The translations under genes were made by a program, and so were the position numbers. Positions 56,804 through 64,000 of a DNA stretch of 64,000 bases are shown here, piece by piece. The DNA is taken from the NCBI GenBank assembly GCA_039679445.1, contig JBDKUY010000026.1:28523-92522 (forward strand). The letters are read 5' to 3'. The first letter of the stretch is position 1, and each line of letters starts with the position of its first letter. The stretch is from Methanofastidiosum sp. (GTDB taxonomy: Archaea > Methanobacteriota_B > Thermococci > Methanofastidiosales > Methanofastidiosaceae). The notes beneath the pieces are model-generated. The model was not told the origin of the DNA and did no database searches. It saw only the letters and a list, made by a program, of their open reading frames with translations.

Positions 56804-58317
56804 ATCCCCGCATGCTCAATGCCTAGTATCTTAGATTCCAATTCTGTAAGTCCAACTCCCCTCAATCTAAGCCTGTTTCCTCTAAGAGCTTCTATTGCAT
56901 TTATCCCCATGCTTCCAAGAATTTCTTTTATTTCGAGGTTCCAGCTATTGACAAGATTTGTCAATTTCTCAGACCCTATTTCGGGATTTAATCTTCTTGT
57001 TAAAACTGGATCTTGAGTTGTAAGACCCCAGTTACATTTTCCCTTGTAGCATTTCTGACACAATGTACATCCCATCGCAATTAATGCTGCAGTTGCAATG
57101 TATACTGCATCTGCCCCCAAAGCCATTGCTTTGACAGCGTCTGCGCTTGATCTTATCCCACCTGCGGCGACTATTGAAACTTCATTTCGGATACTTTCAT
57201 CTCTTAATCTTTGGTCTATAACTGCAAGCGCAACTTCAATAGGAATGCCTGTGTTGTCTCGAATAACAGAAGGTGCGGCACCTGTACCTCCCCTAAATCC
57301 ATCAATAACAATGACATCTGCGCCTGCTCTAACAATTCCAGATGCAATAGCGGCAGAATTATGAACGGCTGCTATTTTTACAAAAACAGGTTTTTCATAA
57401 TTAGTTGCTTCCTTAATAAGAGAAATTAGTTGTTTTAGATCTTCAATGGAATATATATCGTGGTGTGGTGCAGGCGATATTGCGTCTGTACCTGAAGGAA
57501 TCATTCTTGTTTCGGATATTTCTACTGTGACTTTTTCTCCAGGGAGATGCCCACCAATTCCTGGTTTTGCCCCTTGGCCAATTTTAATTTCAATTGCTGC
57601 ACAAGCAGCAAGGTAATCTGTATCGACTCCAAATCTTCCAGAAGCTACCTGACCGATAGTGTTTTTGCCATATTTGTACAGTTTTTTATGAAGCCCCCCT
57701 TCCCCAGTGTTATAAAATGTACCGAGTCTAGAGGCTGCAGATGCTAGAGATTCACACACATTGAGACTGATAGAGCCATAAGACATCGCGGAAAACATGA
57801 TTGGAGTTTCAAGTTTTATCTGAGGTGCCAACTTAGTCTCAAGAGATATTTCCTCATTTTCCTCCTTAAGTAAAATTCTGTCAGGTTTCTTACCCAAATA
57901 TGTCCTTAATTCCATCGGTTCCCTTAGAGGGTCTATTGGAGGATTTGTAACTTGCGAAGCATCGAGTAGCATTCTGTCCCAGTAAGAAACGTAAGCCTTG
58001 TCGTTACCACTACCAGTAAGGGTCATGCCCCCAGTTTCAGCCTGTTTTTTTATACTATTAATAGTGTATGAGCTCCAATGAAAATTATCTTTGTAAAGAG
58101 CTTTATTTTTAGATATAGTCAAAGCATCTGTTGGACACATCATTTCACACCGATGACATCCAACACACTTGTCATTGTAAATACGGATTAAATCAAAATC
58201 CTCAAAGTACTTGAAAACCTCTTCAGAACACTGCCTTACACAGACCTTGCATTTGATGCATCTATCTTCATTTTTATCTACAATAAATTCAGGGATAACG
58301 CTAGACATATTTACCAT
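56800..58317 (-). CDS. Glutamate synthase FMN-binding domain subunit (archaeal GltB domain 2) with an N-terminal 2[4Fe-4S] ferredoxin
   Basis: 505 aa with N-terminal CIKCKVCVRQC / CVGCHRCEMMCP and a GltS FMN-domain-like core (GEGGLH, GAKPGIGGHLPG). Confidence 0.8.
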   Translation of the reverse strand: MVNMSSVIPEFIVDKNEDRCIKCKVCVRQCSEEVFKYFEDFDLIRIYNDKCVGCHRCEMMCPTDALTISKNKALYKDNFHWSSYTINSIKKQAETGGMTLTGSGNDKAYVSYWDRMLLDASQVTNPPIDPLREPMELRTYLGKKPDRILLKEENEEISLETKLAPQIKLETPIMFSAMSYGSISLNVCESLASAASRLGTFYNTGEGGLHKKLYKYGKNTIGQVASGRFGVDTDYLAACAAIEIKIGQGAKPGIGGHLPGEKVTVEISETRMIPSGTDAISPAPHHDIYSIEDLKQLISLIKEATNYEKPVFVKIAAVHNSAAIASGIVRAGADVIVIDGFRGGTGAAPSVIRDNTGIPIEVALAVIDQRLRDESIRNEVSIVAAGGIRSSADAVKAMALGADAVYIATAALIAMGCTLCQKCYKGKCNWGLTTQDPVLTRRLNPEIGSEKLTNLVNSWNLEIKEILGSMGINAIEALRGNRLRLRGVGLTELESKILGIEHAGM

Positions 58318-59383
58318 CCAACAAAGCTATTGCAGGCTCTCCACCTTTTGGCCTGTAAACTGAATCAAGATCAGGACAAATTTTCCTTACTGCGCATTCT
58401 TCACTTGACATGTAGACTGTATTTTCATTTTTTCCTACAAGAAGTGGCCTAAGTTTTAATCTATCCCCAAGACCCATTATTCCATTCTCAAATCCTAGAA
58501 TAACAGAAAATGGTCCTGTGAGTAGCGCCCCGGCATAGGTCATTCTCAATGCTTTTAACAACTCTCTCTTTTTTTCTTCCATTCTGTCTATATCTACCCA
58601 CATTGGGCTTGCAAGAATCTTTGATGCTAGCGACAGAGTAAGATTATTCTTTCTAACTAAAAAATCAAAAAGATAAGTTATTACTTCAGTATCTGTTACA
58701 AGATTGCATCTGTAACCGTACATCTCAAGATACCTTCTGTTAGTATCATAAGAAGATATTTCACCGTTATGAACTATAGTCCAGTCAAGCAATCCAAAAG
58801 GGTGCGCTCCACCCCACCATCCAGGAGTATTAGTGGGGAATCTTCCGTGCGCTGTCCATATATAACCCTTGTAATCTTCAAGACGGTAGAATCTACTGAT
58901 GTCTTCGGGGTACCCCACGCCTTTGAATACCCCCATATTTTTTCCGCTTGAAATTACATATGCGCCTTCAATGTTATTATTGATATCCATTACAGCCTTG
59001 AAAGTCTCTTCTCTTTCGGAATCTTTGGACAAGATATTCCTATTTTTAACAAAATATCGCCACAATAATGGCTTATTAGGAAGATTAATAGAATTATCAG
59101 TTCTAATCTTTTCATCGTATTCAATTAGAAAGTGTTTATTAATTAATTCTTCAGTTTCCTCTTTTGCCTTAACAGAATCAAAAAATAAATGAAATGCATA
59201 ATCATCAGGATAGTCTGGGTATATCCCATATCCAGAAAACCCCCCGCCTAGGCCATTTGCCCTATCATGGAGAACAGAAATTGCTTCAGTAATGACACTG
59301 CCATTGACCTTTTCTCCGTCAGTATTGATTAATCCGAATATAGAACAGCCTGAAATATCCTTTTCTCTCGGAAATTTGTTCAT
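58301..59383 (-). CDS. Class II glutamine amidotransferase domain subunit (archaeal GltB domain 1)
   Basis: 360 aa with an N-terminal Cys nucleophile context (GCSIFGL) and Ntn-type GATase character. Confidence 0.75.
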   Translation of the reverse strand: MNKFPREKDISGCSIFGLINTDGEKVNGSVITEAISVLHDRANGLGGGFSGYGIYPDYPDDYAFHLFFDSVKAKEETEELINKHFLIEYDEKIRTDNSINLPNKPLLWRYFVKNRNILSKDSEREETFKAVMDINNNIEGAYVISSGKNMGVFKGVGYPEDISRFYRLEDYKGYIWTAHGRFPTNTPGWWGGAHPFGLLDWTIVHNGEISSYDTNRRYLEMYGYRCNLVTDTEVITYLFDFLVRKNNLTLSLASKILASPMWVDIDRMEEKKRELLKALRMTYAGALLTGPFSVILGFENGIMGLGDRLKLRPLLVGKNENTVYMSSEECAVRKICPDLDSVYRPKGGEPAIALLDGKYV

Positions 59384-59497
59384 AATAAAAGCTTAAAAGA
59401 AAATATATATATTAATTTCTATTGATAACTGGCCATTTTAAGCCAAAAAATAAATAAAGTATACCTATTAAGGACATATTATTAAGATAAGCTTATA

Positions 59498-61171
59498 CTA
59501 CATTAGCCCTTTTATGTTCCCTTTGTCATCAATATCCATTTTTACAGCTGCCGGTGATCTTGAAAGACCAGGCATTAGGGTAATATTACCGCAAATTATA
59601 ACAATATAGCCAGCCCCACTTGCAAGTTCAACATCTGTTACTTCAAGATCAAAAGGAGGTGGAACCCCAATTAGATTCTTGTCATCAGATAAAGACAGTT
59701 GAGTTTTAGCGATGCATACTGGCAGATTTCCATATCCAAGTTTTTTATATAATTCAATTTTTTTCTTGGGTTTTGTTTCAAATATTACACGTTTTGCACC
59801 GTAGATTTTTTTAGCAATTATCTCTACCTTTTTTTCAATATCGTCAGTTAGTTCGTAAAGTGGCTTGAAATTATTCTTTTGCTTTGACAATTCCAATACT
59901 ATATTTGCAAGTTCTATTCCACCATTGCCCCCTTCTGAAAACATTTTGGATAAAGTCACGGGCACTTCCTTCTTTGCACAAAGTGACTTTATCATTTCAA
60001 TTTCCTGATCTCTGTCAAAATTAAACTTATTAATTGATACAACTACTGGAATTCCAAATAATTTGAGATTGTCAATATGTTTTTCAACATTTTTTAGGCC
60101 TTTTAAGAACGCTTCTTCATCGTGATAGGTAATAATATCCTTTAATCCGCCATGGTACTTTATTGCCTTGCATGTGACGACTAATACTACTGCAGAAGGG
60201 GAAAAATTACCTTTTCTTGAAACGATGTTAAGGAATTTTTCTGCACCTAAGTCTGCACCGAATCCAGCTTCAATTATGACAAAATCAGCCAATTTAAGGG
60301 CGATATTGGTCGCAATTATCGAATTTGTACCAATTGATATATTGGCAAAAGGCCCACCGTGTATAATTGCAGGTGTGTGCTCAATTGTCTGAACAAGGTT
60401 TGGTTTAAGTGCTTCTTTTAATATTGCTGCCAGTGCACCTTCAACTTTTAATTTTCCCGCATTTATGGGATTGCCTTTTCTGTCAAACGCAATGGTAATG
60501 TTAGAGAGTCTTTCTTTAAGGTCTGATATATCCTTTGAAAGGCACACAATTGACATTATTTCTGATGCTGCAGTAATAATAAATTTAGATTCACGGGGTA
60601 TACCATTTCCAGAACCCCCAAGACCAATAACGATATTTCTTAAGGCTCTGTCATTCATATCGATGGCCCTAGGCCACACAATATTATTAATATCAATGTC
60701 AAGTTCATTACCCATCAAGATATGTGTATCGAGCATGGCCGCCAGAAGATTATGTGCAGCTTGGACTGCATGAATATCGCCTGTGAAATGTAAGTTAATA
60801 TCCTCCATTGGAAGGACTTGTGAACGCCCACCGCCTGTGGCCCCCCCTTTTACACCAAACACAGGGCCCATCGAAGGCTCTCTTAGAGTAATCATTGTTT
60901 TTTTTCCAAGAATTGATAGAGCTTGGCCCAATCCTATAGTGGTAAGTGTCTTCCCTTCACCATAAGGTGTTGGATTCATCGCAGTTACTAAAATTAAATT
61001 ACCCTTAGTATTTTTTTCATTAGACTCCAAGATTGACAAATCTATTTTTGCTTTGTGCTTCCCAAACAATTCAAGATATTTCTCACTAATCCCTGCTTTT
61101 TCGGCGATTTTTTCTATGGGCCAGATATGTGCTTTGTTTTCTATGTCGATGTCACTTTCCATCTTAACCAT
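59498..61171 (-). CDS. fhs: Formate-tetrahydrofolate ligase
   Basis: 557 aa with a PTPYGEGKTLTTIGL P-loop-like FTHFS signature and conserved blocks throughout. Confidence 0.92.
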   Translation of the reverse strand: MVKMESDIDIENKAHIWPIEKIAEKAGISEKYLELFGKHKAKIDLSILESNEKNTKGNLILVTAMNPTPYGEGKTLTTIGLGQALSILGKKTMITLREPSMGPVFGVKGGATGGGRSQVLPMEDINLHFTGDIHAVQAAHNLLAAMLDTHILMGNELDIDINNIVWPRAIDMNDRALRNIVIGLGGSGNGIPRESKFIITAASEIMSIVCLSKDISDLKERLSNITIAFDRKGNPINAGKLKVEGALAAILKEALKPNLVQTIEHTPAIIHGGPFANISIGTNSIIATNIALKLADFVIIEAGFGADLGAEKFLNIVSRKGNFSPSAVVLVVTCKAIKYHGGLKDIITYHDEEAFLKGLKNVEKHIDNLKLFGIPVVVSINKFNFDRDQEIEMIKSLCAKKEVPVTLSKMFSEGGNGGIELANIVLELSKQKNNFKPLYELTDDIEKKVEIIAKKIYGAKRVIFETKPKKKIELYKKLGYGNLPVCIAKTQLSLSDDKNLIGVPPPFDLEVTDVELASGAGYIVIICGNITLMPGLSRSPAAVKMDIDDKGNIKGLM

Positions 61172-61225
61172 CTTGATTTCAAATTCAATTGTAAATCTTT
61201 TTAAAAAGTTTTCGTTATTTAGTTT

Positions 61226-61789
61226 ATGCTTTCTAAGTCCGAGCTAAGAGCCAGAATAAAAGAAGAAATGGCGAACCTGGATTATGCTAAAAAGGGCATT
61301 ATGGATGAAAAAATAAGAAAGACTATCTATAGTCTCAAGGAATACCGTTTGGCAAACACTATTTTCACTTATGTTTCAAAGGATAAAGAAGTAGATACAA
61401 TTGATCTGATCACTCATTCAATGACTCTTGGAAAGGCGGTCTGTGTTCCTTTGACGAAAAAAAATGATAATTCTCTTGAAATACGAGAAATTGAAGACTT
61501 GAGGGATCTAAAAATCGGAAACTTCGATATTCTTGAACCAAATGGGAACACTAAAAGTACCAATCCTGAAGGAATTGAATTATTTTTTATTCCAGGCCTT
61601 GCCTTTGGGGCCGGGTGCGAGAGGCTCGGGAGAGGCGGAGGTTATTTTGACAGGTTCCTAATGAGCTCTAAAGGTCTTAAAGTCGGTCTTGCTTATGAAT
61701 TTCAGATTTTTGATTCATTGCCTGTTCAAAAACATGATATCAAAATGGACATGATTATTACTAATAAAAGAATCATCAGCCGCGTTTAA
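61226..61789 (+). CDS. 5-formyltetrahydrofolate cyclo-ligase
   Basis: 187 aa with PGLAFGAGCERLGRGGGYFDRFL, a typical 5-FCL C-terminal motif. Confidence 0.85.
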   Translation: MLSKSELRARIKEEMANLDYAKKGIMDEKIRKTIYSLKEYRLANTIFTYVSKDKEVDTIDLITHSMTLGKAVCVPLTKKNDNSLEIREIEDLRDLKIGNFDILEPNGNTKSTNPEGIELFFIPGLAFGAGCERLGRGGGYFDRFLMSSKGLKVGLAYEFQIFDSLPVQKHDIKMDMIITNKRIISRV

Positions 61790-62897
61790 TAGAATAAATA
61801 AGAATTATTGCCGGAAAGAGGATCATTGAAGCGAAGGGATTTATTGCGAAAAATGATGCAAGAGCGGGAAGACTTGAACCTGTTATTGTAGAAAGGTCTT
61901 GGCTTAGTGAAAACGTAGAGAATAATGTCCCTCTCTTTGTAACTTCTATTACCTCACACAGGAAAGAATAACACCAAACATCAATGAATGCCCCGGCCAA
62001 TCCAATAAGACCTGAAGATATAAAGAATAAGACAATATTGTTGGAAAAAACTAATAACGTAATCCCGGCTATATGGATTAATGCACCCCATTTAATCCAC
62101 ATTCTTTTACTTTCAATCTTTGCATAACGCCCTATAAGAATCTCAGAAAGCCCAAAAACAAGTGATTCAAATGCAACAATCAATGAAACTATGGACCCGG
62201 CCATTCCAAGTTTTCCTATGGCAAATCTTACAAAGAATATCAAAAATGCTGTGAACACTGCTATATCAAATGTCTTGTATACTAAAGGATCTAATACTTT
62301 TTTCAGTGTCTGAATTGAGGGGTAGCTCTTTTCCCTTAATTCAAATTTGAATTCCTTCATGAAGAATACATAAATTACTGTTATAGATAATCCGATTAAA
62401 AATAATGAATAGAAAGCTCCTTTTAATCCCAGTATATCGACAAATATTCCGGGAAGCAAAAGACCAAAAACCCATCCCAATCCAGTAACTCCTCCAAAAA
62501 TACTGACTTTTCTCTCAGGTTTTTGTGTTATAGGCCTAAGCGAGAAAATTATCACAACAGTCAAGAAGGTAGCAAGAGAAACTGCAACTAATACTTGAAG
62601 TAGCGCCAGATACAGAAGATTATTAGTAAAAGAAATGAGAAAAGCGGATACTGAGGATAGTGTCAAAGCAACTAGCAATAAGTACCTCTCGCCGATTCTG
62701 TCCGATAGAGCGCCGATTAAAGGTTTAAGAAAAAATGAAACACCATCGCCGATAACAAATAATAATGCGTAGGGCAGTAAAGATATCCCTAGAGTGGTAA
62801 AATATATACTAAAAAGAACCATTGTGAATCCATGAAAAAATGATTTATAGAATCCCAAAATTGAGCCAAAAAATAATCGCTTAGTTTCAACTGCCAA
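61776..62897 (-). CDS. MFS-family transporter
   Basis: 373 aa and about 11-12 TM with an MFS-like loop motif (GALSDRIGERY). Confidence 0.7.
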   Translation of the reverse strand: MAVETKRLFFGSILGFYKSFFHGFTMVLFSIYFTTLGISLLPYALLFVIGDGVSFFLKPLIGALSDRIGERYLLLVALTLSSVSAFLISFTNNLLYLALLQVLVAVSLATFLTVVIIFSLRPITQKPERKVSIFGGVTGLGWVFGLLLPGIFVDILGLKGAFYSLFLIGLSITVIYVFFMKEFKFELREKSYPSIQTLKKVLDPLVYKTFDIAVFTAFLIFFVRFAIGKLGMAGSIVSLIVAFESLVFGLSEILIGRYAKIESKRMWIKWGALIHIAGITLLVFSNNIVLFFISSGLIGLAGAFIDVWCYSFLCEVIEVTKRGTLFSTFSLSQDLSTITGSSLPALASFFAINPFASMILFPAIILIYSIKRG

Positions 62898-64000
62898 GTA
62901 ATTTCCTTCCTTTCAATATGTATCCAGCTATGTATATGGACCCAGTGATGAGTAATTTTTCATCTTTTTTAAGGTTTGACAAACAATAATCAAAAGCTTT
63001 GAGTGGATCGTCAAAAGAACTAATATCGTTGAAATACTTCCTTGCTTTTTCTTCAAGAATATTAATATTTGCACATCTCGGAGGAATTGTTGTCAAAACT
63101 ATTCTTTTTGAAATTTTGGAAAATTCTTTTAAAATCCCATCAATATCCTTATCTACAGATATTCCAACAAGCAAAAGTGTTTTTGAATCTGTAAATAAAC
63201 TGTTATAAGTTTCTGAAAGAGATTTTGCACCGGCTGTATTGTGTGCGACGTCAACTAAAATCATTGGATTTCTTCTCAATACCTGGAAGCGCCCTGGCCA
63301 AATAGATTTTTCAAGACCTTTCCTGATGGAATCTTCGTTTAGTTCAAATCCACAGGAAGACATAGATTCCGCCAAATTAATTGCACATGCCGCATTTGCT
63401 ATTTGATGCCTTCCAATCATCCTGATATTTACATATTTGAAGAAATTATCACTAGAGCGGTAATCAAAAACAGAGCCCTCAAAGCTAATTTTTTTCTCAA
63501 TTGCTTCAAAATCCCTATTAAATAATTTTAATGAAGCGCCTTTCTCTATGCAGATTTTTTCTAACAAAGGTGCCAATTCTAAATCAATACAAGAAGACAC
63601 TAATGATCCTTTTTTTATTATTCCCGCTTTTTCAATTAGTATCTCTTCTTTACTGTGGCCCAATATTTCCTGGTGATCAAGTGAGATATTTGTTATTGCA
63701 ACGGATTTACCGTTTAGTATATTGGTCGCATCCAGCCTCCCCCCAAGGCCAACTTCAGAAACTATAACATCAACTTTTTTCTCAGCAAAATAGATGATAG
63801 AAACGGCAGTTAGAACTTCAAAAAAAGTTGGACTTCCGATGTCCATCAATTTTTCTGCTTCTTCACAATATGATTTTAATTCTGAAAGGATTCTATCAAA
63901 ATCTTTTGAAGAAATATTTTTATCGCCAATTTTTATCCGCTCGTATATATCAATCAGATGGGGGGATATGTAAGATCCCACTTTGTAGTTGGATTGAGAA
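62887..64000 (-). CDS. folC: Folylpolyglutamate synthase / dihydrofolate synthase (Mur ligase family), N-terminus beyond the window
   Basis: TSPHL-like GSYISPHLIDIYERI block and the Mur-ligase GLGGRLDATN and HQEILG regions. The reading frame stays open to the window edge. Confidence 0.8.
   Translation of the reverse strand, partial: SQSNYKVGSYISPHLIDIYERIKIGDKNISSKDFDRILSELKSYCEEAEKLMDIGSPTFFEVLTAVSIIYFAEKKVDVIVSEVGLGGRLDATNILNGKSVAITNISLDHQEILGHSKEEILIEKAGIIKKGSLVSSCIDLELAPLLEKICIEKGASLKLFNRDFEAIEKKISFEGSVFDYRSSDNFFKYVNIRMIGRHQIANAACAINLAESMSSCGFELNEDSIRKGLEKSIWPGRFQVLRRNPMILVDVAHNTAGAKSLSETYNSLFTDSKTLLLVGISVDKDIDGILKEFSKISKRIVLTTIPPRCANINILEEKARKYFNDISSFDDPLKAFDYCLSNLKKDEKLLITGSIYIAGYILKGRKLLGS

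Noticed and set aside
1-64000. CRISPR arrays, IS elements, integrases or prophage genes.
   Set aside because: No regularly spaced direct repeats, transposase or integrase-like ORFs, or terminal inverted repeats were seen anywhere in the window.

Overview
This is 64 kb of densely coding, AT-rich archaeal chromosome. The gene content looks euryarchaeal and methanogen-like (RibL-type FAD synthetase, Taw3, split archaeal glutamate synthase, Eha/Ehb-like polyferredoxin hydrogenase, YcaO-TfuA, NOG1 GTPase, archaeal LeuRS); that inference rests on gene content alone. Left to right the window holds: hisC (partial), hisD, hisG, tRNA-Gly(UCC), a secreted subtilisin, a tract of decayed genes, a P-type ATPase, a tandem-USP protein, an intact sensor kinase, tRNA-Glu(CUC), a DUF92 membrane protein, a NOL1/NOP2/Sun RNA methyltransferase, a CYTH protein, and an ACT / SSS-symporter / small-membrane-protein / PaaK-like ligase operon. 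Then come a chagasin-like inhibitor, a Ski2/Hel308-like helicase, ribL, nog1, a hypothetical-ycaO-tfuA module, hemL-hemC-cobA/hemD, taw3, a roughly 9.3 kb group-4 [NiFe] energy-converting hydrogenase operon, leuS, MarC and tandem-MgtE membrane proteins, and an MBL hydrolase. These are followed by a roughly 285-nt GC-rich structured RNA, a sensor that stops after its HisKA domain, a split permease gene pair, secreted proteins, a split glutamate synthase cluster, and a folate C1 cluster (fhs, 5-FCL, MFS transporter, folC partial). The tract of decayed genes (5043-7456) holds a response regulator with an in-frame TAA, a histidine kinase with at least 3 frameshifts, and a UbiA prenyltransferase with a frameshift. 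No CRISPR array, integrase or transposase was seen. The points most worth a second look are: a single in-frame TGA in the otherwise intact NuoL/MrpD-like hydrogenase subunit; the decayed two-component/UbiA tract next to an intact paralog; the unassigned structured RNA; and a YcaO-TfuA module with no visible substrate gene.
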